A stretch of DNA of 57,344 bases from a virus (taxonomy: Duplodnaviria > Caudoviricetes): positions 1-57,344 of the IMG/VR virus record IMGVR_UViG_3300037010_003065, one strand, 5' to 3'. Positions within the stretch are counted from its first letter, which is position 1, and each line of letters opens with the position of its first letter. The translations under genes were made by a program, and so were the position numbers. The notes below the pieces were generated by a model. That model searched no databases, was not told the DNA's origin, and worked only from the letters and a program-made list of their open reading frames with translations. Shown one piece after another: positions 8,580 to 17,295 of this stretch.

Positions 8580-9833
8580 ATGATTCAGTCGCTTCAGGTC
8601 CTCAACAGCACTGGTTTTGGTCGCCGTGACCTCTACTGGGTTGACGATCCTGCGAAAGAAGTCGTGGGCTACAACGTCTACAGGGCTTTCGATAGTCCAG
8701 ACAACTGGATCAAGCTCACGCGCAACGGTCCAGTGCCTGGCCACAGCTATCGCGACCAGACACGGTTGAAGGAGATCACATACACAGTCCAGGATGAAGA
8801 CTGGACTGAGCGAGGTGAGCAGGGACGCTGGATCTTCCAGGTGCCTGAGGGCATGTTCTACACCCTCCTCCGCGGTCGACCGATCTGTGCTATGGACAGT
8901 TCCGACATCACGCTCATCGTCGACGGCAATGAAGTTTCTGCCGCACGCGTGGATGGACAAGAAGGCGTGGTGTGGCTCCCGCAGGTCATCACTCTGAGTC
9001 GCGATGGATCCAGAGACGAGCGCCAGCAGGTAAAACCTCCGTCAGAGGTCATCATTACCTACCGCATCATCGAAGACAGCGTCGGCATCTACCTTGATGG
9101 CACCAGGACGTTCTACACCGTCGTGCCTGTGCTCGCCAGTGGGCAGGAGCAGCACCCGGTCGGCGCGAAGGGAACGCCGTACGTCGATACGCTCCAGGTC
9201 GACGCCATGGACTACATGCAAGCGGAGATGGTGCGGCGCAACGCCTGGATTTTCGAGATGGGCGGCGAGCCTGCGTTCCTCCTCTTCCGCCGCACGAAGG
9301 GCGAATGGTGCAGCTGTCAGAACACAGGCCTCAATCAAGCCCGCACCGGGTGCCCGAGTTGCTACGAGACGGGAATCGTCGGCGGCTACTACGGGCCCGT
9401 CGACATCTACTTCATTGACCCCGATACTGGAACGTCGTTTGAGGTTGAAGAGGGCGGTCGGAAGGTCACACGTCAGAGTCGTTCATTCCTGGGACCATCC
9501 CCAATCGTACAGAGCGGCGACCTCATCTGCCGTCGAAACGGTGAACGCTTAGTCGTCTCTAATGTCACCTACAAATCTCCGCGCGGCGTGTTGCTGCAGC
9601 AGGAGTTCGATGTCGAGCTCCTGAACATCAATGACACCCGCTACAAGATCCCGCTCTATACTGACGAGGCGACAGTTCCATTCGCGCCGGCGTTCACGCC
9701 TGTCAATGACGGCATCACTCATCCAGCGAATGAGCCTGTCACGAACCCGTTAACAGACCCGACCAAGCTCTGGGAAAATAAGGACAAAGTCCCTCAGGGG
9801 CGGACTGTTGTGTTTGGTAACATACAATCCTGA
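8580..9833 (+). CDS. Putative neck / head-closure protein
   Basis: Fn3-like start (VVGYNVYRA), GGEPAFLLFRR..G..CSC...CPSCYETGIVGGY and a GDLICRRNGER.VV strand pattern. Assignment by resemblance and context. Confidence 0.55.
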   Translation: MIQSLQVLNSTGFGRRDLYWVDDPAKEVVGYNVYRAFDSPDNWIKLTRNGPVPGHSYRDQTRLKEITYTVQDEDWTERGEQGRWIFQVPEGMFYTLLRGRPICAMDSSDITLIVDGNEVSAARVDGQEGVVWLPQVITLSRDGSRDERQQVKPPSEVIITYRIIEDSVGIYLDGTRTFYTVVPVLASGQEQHPVGAKGTPYVDTLQVDAMDYMQAEMVRRNAWIFEMGGEPAFLLFRRTKGEWCSCQNTGLNQARTGCPSCYETGIVGGYYGPVDIYFIDPDTGTSFEVEEGGRKVTRQSRSFLGPSPIVQSGDLICRRNGERLVVSNVTYKSPRGVLLQQEFDVELLNINDTRYKIPLYTDEATVPFAPAFTPVNDGITHPANEPVTNPLTDPTKLWENKDKVPQGRTVVFGNIQS

Positions 9834-9864
9834 TTTTCGTAACCTCTAAGAGAAGGAGTTCCGT

Positions 9865-11112
9865 ATGCACAAACTCGTTGCGGCCATCGGAGACTTGGTC
9901 AAGGCCGAACCCCTGACGTTGGGCCCAACGGTCAACGACCTGGAAGCCTCCAAGGACAGCCCCATCGGCGGCGATCACACGTTCTACACCTACTTCGTGC
10001 CTGGCGCCATTTTCCAGGCGAAGGATGGCACCATCTGGCACCTCGAGACCGTGAACGACTTCGGCATGTGCCGGATCCGGAACGCCTGGTACCCCCGTGA
10101 GGAGGCGACCATCCCAGTCGCCGACATCCGTCGGTCCATCGACTCCTGGATCGTGCCGGTGCAGCAGAAGGTCACGGACCTCGAAGAAGGCATCGAGATG
10201 GAGAAGGGCTCCGCGAAAAGGGCTGCTGGCGTCGTAGCTGCTCACCCGCGGTACGATTACAAGTTGGATCCAGCTACGGTGACGGACGAAGATTTGGCGA
10301 AGCTGAAGGCCCAAAGCGATGAACGGGCCCGCAGATGGGAGCGGGAGAAGGCGGAATTCTCCGGCAAAGATGGACAGCTACCGCCCAGGTCCGTGCCACC
10401 TTCCAGCGTCACTGGCAGCAAGAGCGTCGCGGCCACTGACAAGCTTCGCCCTTTCACAAACAATGACTGGATGGGTTTCGCTGGAGTCTCTGAGTTCCCT
10501 GACGGATCTCAGCCGATGATCGGCGAAGTGAAGCTGAGCGACTGGCCCGAAGAGACCGAGCACATGAGCGCGACCATCATCGTGGGCGGTGACGACTCTA
10601 GCGCCGAATCCGATCCTGAGTGCTTCGTGCAGGTTCTTTCTGTCGATGGCGGCTACTTCTGGAAGTCCTTCAAGACGAAGGAAGAAGCGGTCAGGGTCGG
10701 TGAGACCATTGCCTCGAAGCCTTCCATCTCGCATGTTGATCTTGTGCACATGGGCTTCGATGAAAGCAACTTCACCGACGAAGGCCACGCCAAGATCGAG
10801 CGCGACAAGGACAACGTCAGCCGTCGCGAAATCGGCGATGAGCTCGGCCATAAGGGCGCAAGCGCGAAGTCTGCCGCCTACACCCCAGAAGAGTGGATCT
10901 ACGACGTGAAGGTCGACGTCAACGAGAATGCCAGCGCTAAGAATATGGCGGGCATGGACGCACTCGCGTTGACCATGACAGTCGAAACATCCTCCGGCCA
11001 ACATCATGACCTCGTCCTCGATCGCAACACCGCCCAGATCCTCATTAGGCGCCTGCAGAACGGTCTCGAAGAAATGGCCGACTGGGGTGGCCAGGACGAG
11101 AATAACGCGTAA
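9865..11112 (+). CDS. Mosaic acidic protein with KxA linkers (putative internal virion protein)
   Basis: AAGGAG RBS; linkers SAKRAAG, SKSVAAT and SAKSAAY separate unrelated segments. Confidence 0.6.
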   Translation: MHKLVAAIGDLVKAEPLTLGPTVNDLEASKDSPIGGDHTFYTYFVPGAIFQAKDGTIWHLETVNDFGMCRIRNAWYPREEATIPVADIRRSIDSWIVPVQQKVTDLEEGIEMEKGSAKRAAGVVAAHPRYDYKLDPATVTDEDLAKLKAQSDERARRWEREKAEFSGKDGQLPPRSVPPSSVTGSKSVAATDKLRPFTNNDWMGFAGVSEFPDGSQPMIGEVKLSDWPEETEHMSATIIVGGDDSSAESDPECFVQVLSVDGGYFWKSFKTKEEAVRVGETIASKPSISHVDLVHMGFDESNFTDEGHAKIERDKDNVSRREIGDELGHKGASAKSAAYTPEEWIYDVKVDVNENASAKNMAGMDALALTMTVETSSGQHHDLVLDRNTAQILIRRLQNGLEEMADWGGQDENNA

Positions 11113-11121
11113 GGGCGCGCC

Positions 11122-12651
11122 ATGACCATGGATCTGACTGGCGCGGGTCTTCTGACGTTCTTGATCCGTGAGATTAGGTACATCGCCGCGCAGCATCCAC
11201 GATTCAAGGACAACAACGGGGAAGCGCTCGTCGCCTACTCCAACCTCATCAGCTTCAGCGATGTGAAGATCCAGGTTTCGAACCTGTCGTCTTCTGGTAC
11301 TAGGCTTAGTCCCGATAACTTCTTCGCGACTCAGATGGGTCGCATGACGGTTGCGAAGATCGAAACGAAGCCCGGTCATTTCATCGAGTGGGCCCGTGAG
11401 ATGGACCCCAACAACGTTCTACCTGAACCTGGCATCTACTACTACAACGTTGATGCGGTCGATGAGAAGGAGCAGACGGTCTCTTTCACATCGCAGGCGT
11501 ACAAGTGGTACCAGGGAGAGAAGGAGTTCGCAGAGGGCTCGTTCATTTCGGTGTCACCCGGCATCGACACTGCTGGCATCGTGTTCTCGGATCCGAGCGT
11601 CAAGTTCGTCCCGATGCTTGCGAAGATCCAGCTCCTCACATACGTTGCGCCTGACACAACTCTCAGCCTCGGCTCTCGCGTTCTTGTTCCTGGTGAGGAT
11701 TACTGGGTATCACGTGAACGCACTAAGGTAATCGCGACTACGCGCGGTGGGACAGAATTTATTCCGTATCCGAAAGGCTTCGAGCGTTTGGATCTATTTA
11801 TAGATGACCGGTGCCTGCGCCAAGGGTCTGACTACTGGATTCAAAGCAACGGCATCAGGCTCGGTGATCTCACGCCCGTGGGCCGTGAAGTCCTTGCGCG
11901 CGGCCCCTTTCGTGAAGATCCAGCTGTCGAGGGATTCGTGAACCCTGAGAACAAGCTTGACTTCGCCGTTGATGTCAACCACGAGCTGGTGAAGGATCAA
12001 ACCGTCTACTACCTCAATCGCGTCTTCCACGACGCGAGCGATCTCGTCATTACTTCTGACAGCGTCTGGCTTCGCGTCCTCGCAACACCCGGAACCAAGA
12101 TCGAATGGGAAGCGCGTGTCGCAGGCCCTCTCGACACTGTACAAGCCACGAAGATGATGACGTCGCGGAACATCCTTCCTGGCGCGGAGATCGCAATCGG
12201 CGACCGAGTGGTGGTCGGGGATCAGTGTGCCATCGTTGTAGCGCCGGAGACGTGTGAAACCTACGAGATTTATGGTTCGAAGGAGAATGTGTCTTTCGAA
12301 TTGGAGGTCAGCACCAACGACGTCATCACGACATCCGAACTCGCGGAGCTCCTGCGAACATACTTCGCCGTGACTGGCCGCGATCGACTGGAGTCGGCAG
12401 GCATCACCGTCTTCGAAGTCACGAAGTCCTACAGAGGTGAACAGAAGGACGCATCTGGCACCTCCGCTCGTCACATGGCGACCGTCTCAATTCAAGCAGC
12501 CGCTGACTGGGAATTCTACAAACCCCTTGTCACACGCATGGACTGGGGCGATCTTGAAGTCGACACCAATTCGAGTCTACCCGGGAATCCTTCAGTGCAA
12601 GGGCGGTATCGTCAATTTGGGGCTTTTGTTTTTGTCCCCTCTTACAGCTGA
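11122..12651 (+). CDS. Putative tail completion / terminator-like virion protein
   Basis: Lies before the sheath; C-terminal VSFELEVST..ELAELL..YF beta-alpha pattern. Inference. Confidence 0.45.
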   Translation: MTMDLTGAGLLTFLIREIRYIAAQHPRFKDNNGEALVAYSNLISFSDVKIQVSNLSSSGTRLSPDNFFATQMGRMTVAKIETKPGHFIEWAREMDPNNVLPEPGIYYYNVDAVDEKEQTVSFTSQAYKWYQGEKEFAEGSFISVSPGIDTAGIVFSDPSVKFVPMLAKIQLLTYVAPDTTLSLGSRVLVPGEDYWVSRERTKVIATTRGGTEFIPYPKGFERLDLFIDDRCLRQGSDYWIQSNGIRLGDLTPVGREVLARGPFREDPAVEGFVNPENKLDFAVDVNHELVKDQTVYYLNRVFHDASDLVITSDSVWLRVLATPGTKIEWEARVAGPLDTVQATKMMTSRNILPGAEIAIGDRVVVGDQCAIVVAPETCETYEIYGSKENVSFELEVSTNDVITTSELAELLRTYFAVTGRDRLESAGITVFEVTKSYRGEQKDASGTSARHMATVSIQAAADWEFYKPLVTRMDWGDLEVDTNSSLPGNPSVQGRYRQFGAFVFVPSYS

Positions 12652-12661
12652 GGAAGCTTCG

Positions 12662-13087
12662 ATGCCAATCCGTGAGTACAGGTGCAGCACTTGTGACGCT
12701 CTGACAGAGCAAATTCTGAACATGTCGGATGAGATTCCGCCGAAGATCAAGTGCAAGCGCTGCGGCTCCGACGCCCAGCTCCGAACGTACTCGACCTTCG
12801 CAATCTCCCGCGAAGGCTCCGACAATGCCCCCATAGACATCGCTATCGGTCGAGACGCTCGCGCCCGTTGGGATGACATCCACGCTCGCCAGGAGCAGCG
12901 CGACAAGGTGCGTGTGTCCTCCGGTCAAGTCGGCATCGTGGCCACAGGGCGCAATGAATTCGCTCCCATCACGGAGCAGCAGAAGGCATTACGCACGGAA
13001 GTACACGAAGCACTGGAATCGCGGGGAGACAAGCGTATGTCTGGCTCCGGCACTCCGTCAGTGGCCGACATAGAAAAGACCTGGTGA
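12662..13087 (+). CDS. FmdB-family zinc-ribbon protein
   Basis: MPIREYRCSTC...KCKRCGS; GAGGA RBS. Confidence 0.85.
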   Translation: MPIREYRCSTCDALTEQILNMSDEIPPKIKCKRCGSDAQLRTYSTFAISREGSDNAPIDIAIGRDARARWDDIHARQEQRDKVRVSSGQVGIVATGRNEFAPITEQQKALRTEVHEALESRGDKRMSGSGTPSVADIEKTW

Positions 13088-13198
13088 TTTTTCAGGCCCT
13101 GTAGCCGAAGCGGCGCGAAAGCGAACTTCCTGAGTCCTCAGATGAGGACTAGCGTTTAGTTCGTGCTCGCGCTACCAACTTCTCGGGGAGACATACAC

Positions 13199-16100
13199 AT
13201 GGGCCTGTTCCAGTCATACACCCAGCCTGGTGTTTACACCAGCGTCAGCATCGAGGATGGGGGCATCTCGCTGTTTGGCGATCAGCGCATCCCGGTTCTG
13301 ATTGGTGAAGGGCAGGAGACGCGTTCTTTCTTGAACGTCGAACTCCACCGCGGATCTTCCAGCGTCGCCGACGACCGTCGGGTCCTGGAGAACCTGAGTG
13401 AGCAGGTGACGGGCACAACCCGTACCTTCACGCTCAAGTACGGTCCCGTCGTGAACGGCAACGGCCAGGGCGTCGTCTCAAACTCGCCCACTGACATCCA
13501 GGTGTACGCGGACGGCAACCCCGTCGTCGTGACTTCCCTGGATGGTGCCGCTCGCACCTTCCAGACGCAGCAGATCTTCGCGGCCGGCACTGACCTCCGC
13601 GCGAACTACTACTTCAAGCGGAAGGACCTCTTCGTCTCCAACGAGAATCTGACCGACCAGGTGCCCGCCTACGCCACTTGGCAATCGGCGACCCGCAACG
13701 GCGATGGCGCTCCAGCTACGCCTGACATGATCCTCAGCCTCGCGCAGCCTGGCTTCAAGGGCAACAACGTCTCCCTCGCTTTTGTGTACACCCCCAGCGC
13801 GCCGAAGCAGGACATCAACGCCGTCTCCGGTATCGGCACCGACACGATTGCGATCGAGCTCGCGAGTCCCAACGGTCGTCGTACTTACAACGACATCAAG
13901 AACCTTATTGAGGCTGGCATTCCCACCCTCTCTAGCTCCAACATCGTCATCAAGTCCCTGAATGTCCTCGTCCTCGACCGCGAGGCCGTTGAAGTCGATG
14001 CCACCAACTTCGAAGGTGGCATCGGCCAGGACACGGACAAGACCTTCAAGGTCATGAATGTGCCTATCGTCGACGGCACCAACGGCGGCGTGGTCACGAT
14101 GAACCCCAAGCACGTGACTGTGAAGGTCAATGGTGTCCAGGTCCCCGTCGCTTCTGTGAACGGCCAGTACGGTATCTTCACTCTCGCGACCGGCGTGCCT
14201 TTCGGCGCTCATCTCGAGGTCAGCTACTACACCAACACCTACCAGGACACCTTCGACGATCTGCCATACGCCAATGTCTCGGCTATCGACATCTGCGGCT
14301 TCGCTCCTGACCGCAACGATTTCATCAACGGTACCGACTTCGTGCTGGACGGCGACCGTATCTACTGGGGCAACGCCTTCAACATCAAGACCGGCGTGTT
14401 CACCCCCGGCTACGCGGCCTTCGACGCCACCCACATCACGCCTACGATGGTGGACGAGTACATGTTCCGTCGTCCTGTTCAGGGTATCGTGGACGGCCGC
14501 AACAACATCTTCAAGCTCGAGGATGTTCCGACCAACGGCGCTGGCACCGTCACCGACAACGTCGACCTCATCAAGGTCTTCGTTGGCGACGATCCGCTCT
14601 CTGCCACCCAGGTCAAGGTCATCCGCCTCATCGGTGCGACCGGTGAAGTCACCCTCCAGATGCCTCCCAGCTTTGGTAAGGGCGTGTGGGCTTCCTACCA
14701 CCGCAACACCCTCATGGACCACAGCTGGACTCTGTCCGTGGTCGTGCCTGGCGTTACCGGTCAGGGTACCTACAAGGTCGTGAACGAGAACGGTGTTGCC
14801 GCTCCCGTCATGAAGTTCGACACCAACGCTTCTCATGTTGCTGACGGCGCCTTCGCTAACACAGGCATCGTCTGGCCCTTTAGCTTCTCTGATCTCCGCG
14901 GCGTTGCTGGTGCGACTCCTAACGAGACCATCACCGTCACCTTCCTCGACGATTTCCTCAGCTACCAGTTCCAGCCTCCCACGGCCGCTTACGCTTCCGT
15001 ACAGGGTCTGATCTTCGTCGCCACCAACCCAGGTGCTGCGGTCAACGGTACTGTCAAGATCGCCTTCGTTGGATCCACCCCGGGTAACGGTGTTGCGGAT
15101 GCGAACGCTGTGACCGTCGCTTCCGCCGCTGGCGTCACCACCGTGACAGTACACATCACCAACACCAACAACAGCACCCGCACCCTTGCTGCGATCCAAG
15201 CTCTGTTCTCTGGCACCAACGTCGTGAACGCTGGCCTCGCCGGTCGCATCCGCTGCAACACCGGCGCTGCTGACCTTGGCGCCCTCGCCGTCGATAGTGC
15301 TCCCGTCGCGCTCACCCTCGGTGCCGATGAAGTCACCCGCCCCTACGCGATCCGCTTCAAGGTCAGCTCCGATCGTGACACTGCCGCGATGGCCCAGGAC
15401 GGTCTCGGCCGCACCGGCGGCGATCCGCGCAACATGAATGAGGGCACCGGCTACATCGGCCAGACCTACCTCGATCCTAGCACAGCCGTTGCCTTCACAA
15501 TCGTCGATCCTACCATTGCGCTGAACGAGTACGGCTACACCAGCCGGCCCAGTCCCAGCTATCGCTTCGCCCCTGGCGACACCCTCGTGTTCACGGCCTC
15601 GAACGCTGAGTCCTTCGTGACCTCCGCCGCTCCTGTGCTCGCGATCCCTGGCCTCCAGCTGGTGGTCAACAACACCTACAACATGAAGATCGGTGACACC
15701 GCTGTCGTCAACACCTACAACAAGGCCGGCAACGAGCCCAAGGTCGGTGAGTTCTACTACCTCTCACTCACCACCGAGAAGCCCGACAGCGACTTCGACG
15801 TCAAGCTCTTCACCAACATCGGCGATGCCTACGCGCTTTATGGTGCACCGACTCCTGAAAACCGTCTGTCCCTGGCGCTCTCCCTCTTCGCTAGCAACAG
15901 TGGATCTGGTCAGATCTTCGCCTGCAAGCAGGTCAAGCGCGATGTCGATGCCGAGCTCGCTTCCGATAATACCTTCATGGAAGCAATCGCGACCCTCGCC
16001 TCACCCCTGCCCGGCAGCGATCGGACCTGTGACGTCGTCGTCACAACCTCCACGAGCCCGGTGGTTCACCAGTACCTCGCCAAGTTCCTGGACACGCAGG

Positions 16101-16798
16101 CTAGTCCCCGTAACCGCGCCGAAGCCATCGGCTTCATTGGTATGGGCATCACTTCCACCCCCGAGGAAGCTCGCGCTCTTGCCCGCAGCATCAAGAGCGA
16201 GCGCGTGATCCTCCTCTACCCCGGTGGCGCGATTCTGAACGTGGAACAGGACGGCAAGACCGCCGAGTTCGCGGTCGACGGTGCCTTCCTTGCGGCCGGT
16301 CTCGCCGGTGTCTACGCGAACCCTGCGAACGATGTCGCCACGACCCTCCTCGGTCAGAAGGTCGTCGGCTTCAGCCGCCTGATCCGTCGTACTGAGACCG
16401 CGGTCATGGACCTGATGGCCCAGGACGGCATCACGATTCTGACCGACGTCGCTGGCGCCTTCGAAGTTCGTGACTACCTCACCACCAACCCCACGAACGT
16501 CATCACCATCGAACCCACCTGCACCACCATCACTGACTACCTCCGACAGCGCACTCGCGCCGTGCTGAAGCAGTTCATCGGTCGCAAGAACCTCAGCAAC
16601 GTCCTCAACGACGTCGCCATTGTCATGCACTCCCTGCTCAAGAGCCTTATCGAGCAGGAAATCATTGATGCCTATCGCGGCGTCGACGTGGTGCAGGACA
16701 AGGACGACACTCGTGTGCTCCACGTCAAGGTGGCCTTCAGGCCCGTCTTCTCCCTGAAGTGGATCGACGTTTCCTTCCGGGTTTCCACCCGTGGGTAA
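13199..16798 (+). CDS. Contractile tail sheath protein (about 1200 aa)
   Basis: N-terminal YTQPGVYT; C-terminal FIGRKN...LIEQEIIDAY...LHVKVAFRPVFSLKWIDVSF sheath signature; strong codon bias. Confidence 0.93.
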   Translation: MGLFQSYTQPGVYTSVSIEDGGISLFGDQRIPVLIGEGQETRSFLNVELHRGSSSVADDRRVLENLSEQVTGTTRTFTLKYGPVVNGNGQGVVSNSPTDIQVYADGNPVVVTSLDGAARTFQTQQIFAAGTDLRANYYFKRKDLFVSNENLTDQVPAYATWQSATRNGDGAPATPDMILSLAQPGFKGNNVSLAFVYTPSAPKQDINAVSGIGTDTIAIELASPNGRRTYNDIKNLIEAGIPTLSSSNIVIKSLNVLVLDREAVEVDATNFEGGIGQDTDKTFKVMNVPIVDGTNGGVVTMNPKHVTVKVNGVQVPVASVNGQYGIFTLATGVPFGAHLEVSYYTNTYQDTFDDLPYANVSAIDICGFAPDRNDFINGTDFVLDGDRIYWGNAFNIKTGVFTPGYAAFDATHITPTMVDEYMFRRPVQGIVDGRNNIFKLEDVPTNGAGTVTDNVDLIKVFVGDDPLSATQVKVIRLIGATGEVTLQMPPSFGKGVWASYHRNTLMDHSWTLSVVVPGVTGQGTYKVVNENGVAAPVMKFDTNASHVADGAFANTGIVWPFSFSDLRGVAGATPNETITVTFLDDFLSYQFQPPTAAYASVQGLIFVATNPGAAVNGTVKIAFVGSTPGNGVADANAVTVASAAGVTTVTVHITNTNNSTRTLAAIQALFSGTNVVNAGLAGRIRCNTGAADLGALAVDSAPVALTLGADEVTRPYAIRFKVSSDRDTAAMAQDGLGRTGGDPRNMNEGTGYIGQTYLDPSTAVAFTIVDPTIALNEYGYTSRPSPSYRFAPGDTLVFTASNAESFVTSAAPVLAIPGLQLVVNNTYNMKIGDTAVVNTYNKAGNEPKVGEFYYLSLTTEKPDSDFDVKLFTNIGDAYALYGAPTPENRLSLALSLFASNSGSGQIFACKQVKRDVDAELASDNTFMEAIATLASPLPGSDRTCDVVVTTSTSPVVHQYLAKFLDTQASPRNRAEAIGFIGMGITSTPEEARALARSIKSERVILLYPGGAILNVEQDGKTAEFAVDGAFLAAGLAGVYANPANDVATTLLGQKVVGFSRLIRRTETAVMDLMAQDGITILTDVAGAFEVRDYLTTNPTNVITIEPTCTTITDYLRQRTRAVLKQFIGRKNLSNVLNDVAIVMHSLLKSLIEQEIIDAYRGVDVVQDKDDTRVLHVKVAFRPVFSLKWIDVSFRVSTRG

Positions 16799-16848
16799 AT
16801 CCTCCGACGTAGCTGCTGCCGCCGCTGATTCCTACTAAGGAGGGACAA

Positions 16849-17286
16849 ATGAAGATTCACCCCACAGTCACGCACCTCAATGGGATCGTTTCCGTAAGTC
16901 TGAGCGCTGTCTTCGATGGCGCTCAGACTGATGCGGACGACCAGTCTCGCATTCAGGCTTACGGCGACCCCAAGATCAATCTCGGCGGAAACTTCGTCGA
17001 CGCAGCCGACCCTACGTTCACGTTCTCGACCCCAGGGTCGGAGGTGTACGCGGCGCTGACAACGGAGATGCAGGGGATGGTCGCGCGCTTCATGAAGGTT
17101 CAGCCGCCCGCCGCAGCGGGCCAACAGCCTGTCGTGCCTGGCCCTCTCGATGTCATCTCCATGAATCCCGTCCGCGCCGCGACGGTATGGACGACAGCGA
17201 TACAGTCACGTATCGCAACTGCAGTGGGGCAGCTCCGCCAGGTCCAGCCTCCGAAGCTCACAAGCCTGCCAGATCAAATCATCTAG
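16849..17286 (+). CDS. Hypothetical virion-region protein
   Basis: AAGGAGG RBS; directly after the sheath. Confidence 0.7.
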   Translation: MKIHPTVTHLNGIVSVSLSAVFDGAQTDADDQSRIQAYGDPKINLGGNFVDAADPTFTFSTPGSEVYAALTTEMQGMVARFMKVQPPAAAGQQPVVPGPLDVISMNPVRAATVWTTAIQSRIATAVGQLRQVQPPKLTSLPDQII

Positions 17287-17295
17287 GAGCGCAGA

